Shown: one piece after another, positions 1-11,542 of the stretch
How positions within the stretch are numbered: the first letter of the stretch is position 1
Layout of the letters: the number at the start of each line of letters is the position of its first letter
Source of the DNA: Marsupella aquatica
Lineage: Eukaryota > Plantae > Marchantiophyta
Direction of reading: 5' to 3'
Assembly: GCA_973895155.1 (NCBI GenBank)
Contig: OZ316892.1
Coordinates: 4,796,510-4,860,509, forward strand
Length of the DNA stretch: 64,000 nucleotides
Translations under genes and position numbers: made by a program
Notes under the pieces: model-generated
Database searches by the model: none
Seen by the model: only the letters and a program-made list of their open reading frames with translations
What the model was told of the DNA's origin: nothing

Positions 1-385
1 TTCAAACTTAATCCCACTCAAACCCTAAACGTGAGTCCCCAAAAAACCAGACCCACTTAAATCATTCTCAAATTAGAATCCATGTTAAAATAAACATGAC
101 TTAGGAAAATATATTGAGAATGTTATGTGTGCCATGTGTACCAATGATATAGTGACACGTGTAATTTACATAGTCCGACACAAAGACCCCCTAACTTCCT
201 TGTATGCCTTCCATCTACATAGTCAAAAATATTAATATCCCTATTATTCTTACAAGTTGTCCAACATATAAAATTGACCCTATTGTTCTTACACAAATCT
301 TCTTAAGTCTTCCGAGAAACCCAATTAACGGACCCTATACTTAGTCGCACGTGATATGAGATTTTCGCGAAGTGAGACCCCCGAG
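1..385. mobile_element. Right end of a TIR DNA element (terminus CTCGGGGG...CACGTGCGA read inward) inserted into the CACTA transposase; left end outside the window
   Basis: Transposase similarity stops at about 386. Reverse complement of 345-385 (CTCGGGGGTCTCACTTCGCGAAAATCTCATATCACGTGCGA) resembles the TIRs of the 29228-29518 element. Confidence 0.6.
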
Positions 386-1034
386 GGGTTAGCATGTTTG
401 GCTCATACCGTGGCTCATGACACACTGTGCATTCTGTGATATGGGCTGTATCCCCGTGAAATAACATGCAATCATTCACACAGGCATGAATAATATGGTA
501 ATCCATACCAATGGATGAGAGAACCTTCTTTGCATCCTTCCAGGTCCCTGGCAACACATTCTCCGAGGGTAACATCAAGTCATGACAATATTCAAATATG
601 TCTGATAACATAGAATTGCTTGTCTTGTGTTTGGCTTGAATGTTCAAGAGCCCCAATATGGCAGAAAGACGGCTCAACCGAGCACCCTCAAAAATAGGTT
701 TTCGAGCATGTTCCTCTGCCTCTTTCCATTGTTGTTGTCCCTCTGGAGTATGTTGTGGCCGTGGGTCATTTGAAGGGCCAACCTCATGACCAATGTGAGG
801 CACATCATCCTCAACATTGGCACCAAACCAATCAACCATGAAGTCATCCATGGCTCTATCTTGATCATGCATGACCTGGTCATCAGTCCGAGGTGCGGCT
901 TCCTCATCAGCACCACCTACATCATTACTTGATGAGGAATCACCCTCTGATGGTTCTCCCTCTTCTGGCATACCCATCTCCCGATATGTTGCTCTCAACC
1001 TTCGTGGTAACATTTGTTGAGATGGTTGCGCATT
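386..1034 (-). pseudogene. CACTA transposase (TnpD/Tnp2 type), N-terminal exon, interrupted by an insertion
   Basis: YHIIHACVNDCMLFHGDTAHITECTVCHEPRY matches the CACTA IHACxNDCxL...CxxC...RY motif, preceded by LPSENVLPGTWKDAKKVL. In-frame acceptor AG at 1035-1036. Confidence 0.88.
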
Positions 1035-1245
1035 CTATGCATATTACAACCAAAAAACCTCCTCATGTATATTTGACCAAGAACAACAAATTAAAATAGA
1101 CTTAACACCATTCATTCAAGACATTAAGAATTAAAGTAAATGCATGGGCTAAAACCTTATTACTCCAAAATGAGCCCAAAGGCCATATATATAATAGTAA
1201 ATGGGAAGTCCAAAATAGGTGCAAGAGGATAAAGGACATGATTTC

Positions 1246-2074
1246 CTAATCCCACTCATAGTGTGTGAATAACTCATCTCCTGCTCTAATGGTCCTAGTA
1301 GCAAGAACTAAGCAATAGTCCTTATGATATGTCGTGCCATATGGTGCCGGCATTGGACCATCAGTAAAAACCCACTCACAATTGGCCCTACGTTTGGGCC
1401 GAGTCCCCACTGTACTATTTATGAAACCAGCAATATTCCCATTACGTATGGGATCACCATCTATCACCCGTTGCTCACTATACCTTCTAGTGCTACCATC
1501 AAAAGTATCCATCTCTAGAGCATATGTTTTCCACTCAGGATGTTGTGCAAGGATCATGTTCCAATGTCTTCTCTTGTAGATGGGTCCACCGTATGGGAAC
1601 AAAGTAGGACCCTCTCTACCACGAACACTTGACCCACCCTCCTCATCCATGATGATATCCTCACAAGCAAATACTCCATATCCATGTCTCTCCAAGTGTG
1701 GAAGTTTTCACAATCCAACGTCTACCCCAAACCACAATCTCCTCATCAAAATCTGTAAAATAAGGCAAGCCAAGAGTGATAGGTTCCCAATCCTTGATGA
1801 TAGAGGCACACTTGCCAGTGAATGAACAAACACCCCACCTACCCTGAACTAGTGTTCTGGATGGGTCATTGGGTGCTCGTGGCCTCCTGTTGGATTGGGG
1901 CCTGGACCGGGGTCTTCGTGTCTCAATGGGCACATGAGGGTGTTCCCCTTCTGTCCCATGACTGGTACTAATTCACAAACCCAAGGCTTGTGAAAGTGCA
2001 TTGCCTATAGCATCTAAAACTCCTTGTGATGGGACATAGGGTGGTGGTGTCACCAATCTACGCATACTGGATCC
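1246..2074 (-). pseudogene. SET-domain (lysine methyltransferase-like) exon inside the CACTA element; one premature stop and one frameshift
   Basis: Motifs GYGVFACEDI, YGG, GNIAGFINS..ANC and LATRTIRAGDELFTHY. Acceptor at 2075-2076, TGA at 1973-1975, 1-nt frameshift near 1690 between VKTSTL and RHGYGVFA. Confidence 0.85.
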
Positions 2075-2185
2075 CTATTCCATGCAAACACCCACAAACA
2101 ACCAAATGTGTAAACCATATGTGTAAACATTGATTCACCTCTAAAAATAACAGTAAAGAACGGCAATCAATTGAAACAAACTTAC

Positions 2186-2443
2186 CATATGGGATGAAGA
2201 AGCCCCGGGAGTAAGACCTCTATGACGTCCATATCTCTCAATATGTTGAGCACACACATAAGATTTTTGAGAAATTTGGCCCACACATCTGGTGCAGTCA
2301 CAAAGTCTTCGGGGTGGACCACGAGGACCAGTAACCTCGGGCTGAGGAGGAGGGGGTATATCATCATCGGAGGAGTACTCACTACTGGATAGTTCAGAGG
2401 AAGAGGACATATCCACTGCCACATTACATTGCATGTAGGGCAT
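2186..2443 (-). CDS. CACTA first coding exon with transposase-associated Cys/His domain
   Basis: RLCDCTRC...CAQHIERYG resembles the CPCxxC...H..xxG transposase-associated domain. Phase-0 donor ATG|GTAAG at 2186/2185. Start is ATG 2443 or 2410. Confidence 0.75.
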
Positions 2444-2544
2444 GATTAGGAAAAATTAGGCCATATATAAAGCGATTTAAAAAAAATGAACTCAAAAAAC
2501 AATTAGGTTGGTTTATACATGGGGTTTTATTACCTTTTTATATT

Positions 2545-3580
2545 TGTTAGCATGAAACCCAAATTAAGGTGAGTGTCATGCAAGAAGAAACCACATTATA
2601 ACCTTTGGGAAAATTGTAATACCCTATGTCCTAAGTGAGGTTAGATTATTACCTGAATGAGACCCGGGCTCAACAGTGCCTATAGGTCACGTGGCTTTTG
2701 GAACATTTGCCAAGTCTAGAAGTAGGAGGAAAATACTGGAAACAAAATGTAAGTTTGGATGGTAATTAGCAGCCGTCAAGTTGTGGAATCTTAGACATTT
2801 ACCCACATATATCATGGCACAACAAAGAAGGGCAAGCATAAAAATCTGTACTAACAACATTGACTGTATACATGATGTTATACCTTTTAGATGCCCGGGT
2901 TCCCACAATGCATATGCATTAGACAAAAGTTGAGGTAGTAGTGTTGGCCCTGCGTTGTATCATGATTACATGGGTTTTCCCCTCAATTGTTAGCATAAAA
3001 CCCTAAACCCTAAACCCTTATCCCCCCTCGAGTGAAAGGTGAGTGTCATGCAATAAAAACCCACCCTAGACCCCTGGGAAAACTCTAAAGGCCTAAGCCC
3101 AGAATGAAGTTGGACAATAATTACCTGAATGAGATCCGGACTCAATAGTGCCTGTAGGTCGTGTGGCTCATTGAACATGAGCTGAATCTAGAAGCACGAG
3201 GAAAATACTGGAAACAAAAAAGTAAGTTTGGATAGCCATTAGCTTCTCTCAAGTTGTAGACCCCCAAACATGTGCATATAGATATTCTTGCACAACAAAG
3301 AAGGGCAAGGTTTATGAACAATCTCTTTATCAAACCCTGCTAACATACATGTTTAAATATACCTTTTAGATGTCCGGGTTCCCACAATGCATATGCATTA
3401 GACAAAAGTTGAGGAAGCAGTGATGGTCCTGCATTGGATCATGATTACATGGGATTTCCCTCAATTGTTAGCATAAAAACCAAAACCTCATCCCGCTTCA
3501 AGTGAAAGGTGAGTGTCATGCAATAAAAACCCACCATAGACCCTTGGGAACTCTAAAAGCGTAAGCCAATGAAGTTAGCA
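2545..3580. repeat. About 470-bp internal tandem repeat (about 2.2 copies) inside the CACTA element
   Basis: GGTGAGTGTCATGCAA recurs near 2568, 3038 and 3508. CCGGGTTCCCACAATGCATATGCATTAGACAAAAGTTGAGG recurs near 2895 and 3374. Confidence 0.85.
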
Positions 3581-4280
3581 AAAACCTAAATGGTCAATTC
3601 CCTTCAACCATCCTATGCTTCTCTCTACCATAATTATATGTCACCCCTCTTGGTTACCCTCCTAAGATACCATAAAAGTAACCCAAGATACTATAAAACT
3701 GAAACCTCTCTTTCAAACCCTCCTAAGTTGGCCTAAACCCCAAAACCCAAAACATAAAACCCCTCCTAGCTCTTACCCTCCAATACATATAACCCCAACC
3801 TTCATAAATAAAACCCCCCTGCAAACCCAAAACATAAAACCCCTCGTATCTAAGCCAATCTAAGCCCAACCTTCACAAAAGAAACCCTCCCCTAACCAGG
3901 CCAAACCCCCTCCTCTTACCCTGCAATATAACTCCTTCAATTTTCTAACCCCCCCAATCCTTATCTCATCACATCCCACTAAAATGCAACATAATCCTCT
4001 ACATCTACCCCATTTAATGTTCATAAGCCCCCTTAGTATCCCTAACAACACATCAAATACGCATGCGAGACGGGGGTTATGGCAAAACCAAATAGCGAAG
4101 GCTTTTCCGAATCTTGAAGCTTCGCAAAGATAGAATTTGCGAAGGCCGATGCATCGCAAACTGCGATGCGAAACAAATCGCAAAGCCCAATATTTTGAAT
4201 CCTTATGGATTGCCGAGCGCGGACAAGGCGGATTCAGTTCATTCAGGCCTGAGGAGAGCAACGAGGGCAAGGGCGGAGCA

Positions 4281-6384
4281 ATGGCGAGCGAAGAGGGGAC
4301 TGGTGGTGATGGAGGAGCTTCTGGCAGCAGCGGAGGCAACCGAGGGGGGGGGATCGATTGAAGGCGATTGTGGATGAGCATTTTTCGGTTGCACAGTTGA
4401 GTCAAATTGATTTCACCAGTCCAGCAGGGCTGGCATCATTGAGTGCCCTTCTGGGCCAAGCCTTGCAAGTAGGTCTCACTGCAGGGCAAGCAACAGTGGA
4501 GGAGGATGCAAGGAAGGCAGCAGAGCAGGCGGCTGCTGAGAGGAAGCGAAAGAGGGACGAGAGAGCTCAGGCTGGAGTGCTCTCGCCTCAAGCATTGGAA
4601 AAGAAGAGGAGGAAAGATGAGAGAGACCTGATCAGGAAACAGAGGGAGGAGCAAAGAAAGAAGGAGGCAACAAGGAGGAAGCTACCTCTGATTACTTTAG
4701 AGGATGAGGGGATTCCCACCGAGCTTGCTTACAATGGGGCCAAGAGCACAATCAGGCACATTGTATCCACAAATTTTGCAAGAGGAGTCGAGTGGGGCAC
4801 TTGCTCAAAGGCAGAGCAGAAGCGAGTCATCAATCAAGTGAAAGATGCATTTCGAAATGGAGGAGAGATGGATTCACAGTGGCTTGCTGACAAAATTTCA
4901 AACTCCATGTCACAAGCTAGATACCATGATAGAATGAAGATTAGGTCTCACCTTAGAGATTTGGAGGAGTATAGGAATTTGCAGAGGCCGCTGCAATTCT
5001 CAGAAGATATCTGGCAGGCCTTCTACCAGACAGAGGTGAAGTTGAAAGCAGCCAGGCTCCTCAATGATTTCACAGAGAAGCTGGCAAAGGCTCGAAGGGC
5101 AAAGGAGGCCGGGAAGTCTGACCGGGACTTGAAGGTGATGGAGCAGAAGGTAGCCCAGCTCCAGCAGGTTGTAGCAGAAGTAGGCGATCCACCCAACAAG
5201 TTCCTGAAGGCAGCTGAGCGAGTCCGAGACAAGCCCAACATCACCCACAGGCTGGGTCAAGGTGGCCTCCCCGGCCTCAAAGCAGCATTCGTGAGTGCAC
5301 CTCCCTCTCCTCCCTTGACTTCTTGCTACTCCAATTCCTATTCCAACACACCTGCAATGAGCCAACTCTTTCTTGCATTTCCACCAAGTAGTTACAATTA
5401 GACTTGTTGTGTCAGATTAGGTCACGTACAGTTGCTTCCCTCTCGGGTTTTTGCCATGACAGAGTTTGCGATACATTTGCGATGCGGGTAGCTTCGCAAA
5501 TCCTTCGCAAACCTTATTATGCCCTTTTTTTGCTTACGTTTGCGAAGGCGTTGCGAAGACGTTTGCATCGCAACCAGCTTCGCAAACGTAATTGTCCTTA
5601 TGATTGCGAAGCTGGCGCCTTCACAAAATTTCAAAAATTTGAATTTTTAAATTTTCCGATCGTTTAAGTGTTCTTTGAGGGTCTTCCCCATATATGCCAC
5701 CCTCCATAACCCCAAAACCTTGATGCACCACCCCACCAGCCCCAACAAACCCCCTAATTTTTAGAAGCCATGTGAATCGGGTTATGGGTTGGTGTTAACC
5801 CAATTGTGCTGGTTTTGTTTTGGCTTAGTACAAGAGGTACAAGAGGAAGATTACGGCGGCTGAGATGGAGGTGGGCCAGAAACATGGGAAGGAGCATCTC
5901 TTTCAGCAAGTTGATGAATTATTGGTGAGAATTTTTAGGTTATTACATTCATTGCAATTTTGAATGAATATCTCTTTTGTTCACACTTGTAAAGAATATG
6001 AGACTAACAGACACCCTGGTTTGCTAATGGAAGCAGGGAGGGGAGGATGGTGACTCCCATACCGAGGGTGGCACCGATAGTAGTGATGAGGATGTGGAGG
6101 GGACAGGGGAGGGGAGCACAGCTCCTGCTACTCAAGCCAGGCCAACTAGCACTGGAGACCAGTCATTTGCATCAGCACGTTCCAGTGGTGCTGGGGGTGG
6201 TAGCGCGGCAAGCCAGGGCGGTGGAGGTGGGGATGAGGATGAGGATGAGGATGAGGATGAGGGTGACCCCGAGGGTGACCAAGAGGAGGAGGAAGTCCAA
6301 GTTGCACCCCCCCCAAGAGCACACAAGGGCAAGGAGAAGGCCAAGGGGAAGAAGGCAAGGAGGGGCAGGAACACTCCTTTCTAG
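4281..6384 (+). CDS. Second CACTA gene (TnpA/Ptta-En/Spm-like); exons about 4281-5290, 5829-5924, 6037-6384; frameshift in a G9 run near 4344-4352
   Basis: 347-aa ORF with RPLQFSEDIWQAF and ITHRLGQGG (compare the Ptta H(R/H)LGxGGY motif). Canonical in-phase GT-AG junctions and an acidic, then basic, tail. Confidence 0.65.
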
Positions 6385-6636
6385 CTCGATGTAGACAAGT
6401 TGTAGCTAGAGCACTTACATCGAGTTCACATGTATAGCGATCAGCATGCATGGCCGTGGCACTTTACCTAAGGGTTTTTACCCTTCCATTTTGTAACTTT
6501 TGTACTTTTTCAGTAATGCCATTTTAATTGTGGCAGACTGGGTCAACATCACTTTCCTCCCTCCTTCAAAACCCATGAATGGTCTCCCTCACCCTCACCC
6601 TAACCCAAATACACAAAAACCCATGAAATATACATT

Positions 6637-7172
6637 TTGCGAAGCTTTTGCGAACCAACCCCCATCTCAAAGAGCCACGGTGAACGTATCGCAACCATTC
6701 CGAGGAGAAACGCATCGCAACACTTGCGATGTTGTCTAAATCACAACCCGAGCGAAGACTTCCTCTCCACACGTTTGCGAGTTAAATGCCTTCGCAACAA
6801 AGCGGTCATCCGCTTCTCGCAATCTTACGAGTTTGTTTGCATCGCAAGTTATAGAGAAATTTAACATCGGAAATTGCGATGTAAATGTTATCGCAACGCG
6901 AGCGATTCATTTGTTCTCGCAAAATAATGAAATTTGTCGTTTCTCAATATTTGCAAGGACAGTGCCGTCGCAACGTTGCGGAGATGTTGCGATGTATTTA
7001 GAATCGCAAGTTGCGAAGTAGTTGCGAAGGGCCGTTTGCGAAGAATTTGAGATGGGAAGTAGCGAAGACGTTGCGATGCGAGTAAGTTCGCAAATTGGGT
7101 ATTTCGGATTTTGTTTCCTTTGTATGATGCGAAGGGTGGTGGTTCGCAAAAGAGGTGCATAGTGTTGTAGTG
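6637..7172. repeat. CACTA subterminal repeats and TIR
   Basis: Many direct and inverted copies of TTGCGA(A/T)/(A/T)TCGCAA ending in ...TGTTGTAGTG. Confidence 0.85.
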
Positions 7173-7270
7173 AGTCTTCCTCCATTGTATCAATATCATG
7201 TAATTTATAAACATGATATATTAAATCTAGTTATAGCGCAGTTGACTACATAGTTACCACTACATAGTCA

Positions 7271-7672
7271 AGGGGGAGTGTTAAACTCTACCTATAACTA
7301 GAGTTACTTTCACCATGGTTACATTAACCTCCATGTATATATATCAATACCATTGAGTAAACACAAGACTGAATCATTCTCATTCATCTCGTATCATATA
7401 CATCTATCTCTTGTTTATATTTGTATGTCTCATCCCCATTTTTTGTTCACCCTCACTTTGTCTTTATTTAGAGTCCAATTTTGTCCATACTTTTGGACTT
7501 ATTCTCTAGAGGCTTCACTCTAGACCCTAGCTGTAGCTCGTGTTTGTAGTTTTTGATTTTTGGATTTACTGTCTAGAGGCCTCACTCTTGACCCTAGCCC
7601 TTGAAAGTAGTTTGTGTTTGCAATTTACTAGTAAGAATTTTATTCTTTCATTTTTGAGGCATTATATCTCAC
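7271..7672 (+). mobile_element. Copia-type polypurine tract plus 3' LTR remnant
   Basis: AGGGGGAG immediately followed by TGTT at 7279, TATA-like run near 7336. The LTR end is uncertain. Confidence 0.55.
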
Positions 7673-9989
7673 AATGTCTGAAAATGAAGCCCTGATAAAC
7701 CTCGGGTTGTCAAAATGCTCCTATATATTTTTGCAACTCAGATGGACCCCATTTTACTCATAGAAAATATTTCTAATTAGTCCATCCCCATTGTATGATT
7801 GTGGTCTAGAGTCCATGGGAGCATTGTTTTCCACAATAACTTCCAACAAGTAAAATATTCTATTCTTAATAGCTTTGGTGATTACTCCCTTTGTATTTTT
7901 CAGGGCATTCTGGGAGCATAATGCCCAAGTTTAAATTTGGATCACATCTTTATGAAGAGGCTTACACAAATCAACTGAGTAAATAAATTTATTCTGCAGC
8001 TATGCTAGAGACATTTGGGGCAGAAAGGGCAGGAACTAAACGTAGAGAGCCACCGAAAGGGCAAAGAGAGTAAACCAAGAGAAAAAGAGGGAGAAAAATA
8101 TTTATAGAAGAGAGAAGGACTATGACACCTTTATCCACACCTTTATTTCTTTTTCTTTTTCTTTTCCTTTTTTCCTTTCTTTTCCCTTTTTAAAGCCTTC
8201 CTGTCAGAATTGTCCTAACTTAATTCCTTTCATGATTTTTCCTTTTGTATTTTTGAAGGCATTCTGGGAGCACAATGTTTGGGTCAAGATCTGGATCAAC
8301 TCTTTAAGAAGATTCTCCTGTAACTATTAAAGTCTCTCTGGGCTTTAAGTGTAGTCAGGTCCTTATTGTGAAATCCAGCAAAGGGCAAATTTCACTTTCT
8401 TAATATGTAATCTGCTAAGATAACCCCAGCAATATGAAACAAAATTGTAGAAGACACATCTACTTACCAAGAGCATTACTTTCTACAAATACAATGTGAA
8501 TCACTAATATTTTTATTTTGGTTAAGATTAGAGAAATCTCTGATCATTCAAATAATAAGCTTTAGGTGTTGTGGTAAAATATGAATATAGTAATTTTCAC
8601 ATCCACATATGATAATCCTATATGTTTTAACTTTTTGATCAATTATTTTATAATAAAAATTATTCTGATAAATAGGACATGTATGAAAAATAAATTTGAA
8701 AGTATTGATACAGTCCATGCTTGATTTAGCTTTATAAAATATCAGTTTTAGCAATCACACTTATTGAATGGGGGAAAAAAGAGAGAGAACCAAACCTCTA
8801 TTTGAAGCCTTATTAAAAGCTTGGGGTTATTTATTAGTGACGTTTGCGACTCTCCAAAATTTTTCTGGAAACCCACACAGAAACATCAAGCCACTTCACA
8901 TGTAACAAATCAATAAAAATTCTAGTCTTAAAAAACATGTAAGGATATATCAACTCCTTCCAAAAATTTAGGCATCACATTTTGGCACATCACTGGTTTT
9001 AGTCACCAAGAGAAACTTGTATGATTGTGGCAACAAACATTCATGACTATTTGTTTTTTTTTTCTCTCTTTTAACCTTTTCCCTCCCTTTCCTTCCCACC
9101 CATCTCCACACAAGGGAGGGCACACACAGACTACAAGGGAGGTGCCAAGGGTTAGAAGGGAGTTTTGGCAGACTTGACGACCAGGAAAAAGAGGCAATAA
9201 GAAAACAAGTAATATTACTTTTCACCCAAAAATATTAGATAAATGAGATTATGGAGAGATTGAATATTGTTGATGAGTTTTGATATCATACATATGAATT
9301 CCGCCCACTTAATTCTAAAACAAGTAAGGATAATAGTACCAATGCGACAAAAAATTGAGCTGGAAAACATACTAGTTGCTACTAAAACTTTCCAAGTAGT
9401 GTCAGCATAATGTCCTGAGCCTGACAAAATGCCATCTGCATGTGATAAAATGCCCTCCCCCTTTCTTATTGCTTTGATGTGCTTAATAAAGTGCATTCAA
9501 TCTACAAAGACAAATTCCAGGGTATGGGTTAAAGTGTATAGTACTGTTCTCTCATGAGGGCTCTGGCCTGGACAAAACTGGACGGTAGGCCTCCCAAAGG
9601 TACTTTGTGGGGAAACTGTGCCTCCCTCCCATACACAACAGGGCTTTAGGGTCTTGATTTTCTTATTGTTAGAATATTTGGTAGCTGAAAAGGTGCCCAG
9701 GGCATTCACACTTCTGCCCACAGCCATTCATGTGACCATTAATTAGATAACTGCAGTCCAAACCCTGCGTGTAATCACACATCAAAAAGTGGTAATATAT
9801 GGTGTTCACTCATTGATTTACAAAAAGATAATAGATGGTGTTCATTCATTAATTTAAAGAAAATAACGAGATTTGTCATGGTATGGAGTAATGTTGTCCA
9901 AAGTACAAACAAACAAAACTAGGAGGGCTTTCAGACAAGAATGTTGCGGCTTGTTTAGCGCATATCCCCATGATTCAGCATTGACAACT

Positions 9990-10860
9990 TTATCCACAAC
10001 TTAACCCCCTCTCACTCCCACAGAAAGCAGTAAACCCACAGTCCTGATTGAGACACATCTTATGACAGCCATTGCAACCAAATCTATATTAGCCCATAGC
10101 AGAGAGCAATATGGAGAGTGAAAAAATCCTGTGGTACTGTTCGGAAGGATTTCATCTTCGTGATACTTTTGTTTAGTGAGGTGGTAGCAAGCCATGCACA
10201 GCCAAGCCAGAGGTGAGTGAACAACAGCCTTACTGTCATGATTTAGCCAAATTTGATGTTCCTTTCTCCGCAAGGGCAACGTAACAATGGTTTGTTGTTC
10301 AAATACTTCCGGTGACAGATTGGGCATCCTTTGTATAGGTGTCAAAGCTCTACTCTCAAGATGTCAAGTAGAAGACCAGTTTGTGTTGCTTGTTGCCCGC
10401 AGTAGCTTCAATGCTTATTTTGAAAGAAAGAGATGGAGGTCATAAGTGAGTCGCTTCGATGAGGAGCCAGGATGGGCGTCAATTTGTGTCGACACCTAAT
10501 TTTGCCATAGCGCATCAGAGTGTCCCTATGGCACAAGCAACGGACTGCTACTGGCACTTTCATGATGATTACTTAGATCACGTTATTTGGTAATAGTGAT
10601 GGAACTGTTGGCACATCGCTGACGTTCCAGCGACTAGAGAATTTGGTAGGAGACAACTCTTGGTAGCAAATTAGTGAATAAACTCCCAGCATCATGGAAT
10701 TCCGAGGTACTTTCACCAACGTATTGGCCAATCTCGCAATTAGAGTTCCTCATAATTAACACACACAGTAGACCATCTGTCCTGTAACCTGGCACATTCC
10801 ATTTGGTGACTAAATGCTGAAAGTTCCAAGAACAAGGAAAATTTCTCGCAACCAAGTTCT
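9990..10860 (-). pseudogene. Highly degenerate LINE reverse-transcriptase fragment
   Basis: Frameshifted traces, in the expected order, resembling LLPK.GDL, KLxPIL, LLD...FDT and VR.GCSLSPL. Confidence 0.4.
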
Positions 10861-11542
10861 GACAGCCAGAACAAGGCCGGTCTTCAAACTGACTCTAATC
10901 CAAGGAAAGCCTTCATAATCAATGTAATATTGAGGCTTCAAAATCTACGTGAACCCTAAAGTACATCATTTCAAAGCAGAGAACTACATCACTAATTAAT
11001 CATTCTAAACTAATTCTAACCAACCTCACAGAGCTCGAACTTCACACAGCTTTAATGACAAAAACGAGTGTTAGGTTATTGAAGATTCTCCACCGCACCA
11101 TACAGAAAAGAAGAAAGTGCCTCTCATATGTAGGAAAGAAGTATTGCAATCGAGAATGCTGAGCACTTGGAGCAGGATACGGCATTATAGTGATATCAAC
11201 CAAGACTAGGGAAGTATCCGCGAGGAACTATCCAAGGCCCGGGGAAATACAGCAGATTCACCAATAGACCCAGAAGTCCGCACTCTCAAGGTTCAATACA
11301 AACCCCCTCTTGGTTTAAATGTGACATGGTGAAGCTTTCTAGTGGACAACAATTAGTCATAGATCCACTGCAGGACACTAGCATGACACAGCATCAGCAG
11401 TATCATTTGGTGAGATTGGGAGTAGGAGTAAGCTAAAAGAGCCCACATCAATGGACAAGGGTGGAGGATACGAAGGATTGAATGCCCAAAGAAGAAGTTT
11501 TGGGAGGTCCGACGGAGGAACATACGCAAGAACGACTCTTGT

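Larger units (their letters stand above)
386..7172. mobile_element. CACTA (En/Spm) DNA transposon; one end at 7172, other end not in the window
   Basis: The minus strand read from 7172 begins CACTACAACACTATG. Dense subterminal TTGCGAA/TTCGCAA repeats at 6637-7148. Contains TnpD-like and TnpA/Ptta-like coding sequence. Confidence 0.9.

Noticed and set aside
3860-4405. 181-aa minus-strand ORF
   Set aside because: Antisense shadow of the GC-rich start of the plus-strand CACTA gene.
9518-9767. Possible hAT-like MITE (CAGGGT...ACCCTG)
   Set aside because: The TIR match is short and there is no target-site duplication.
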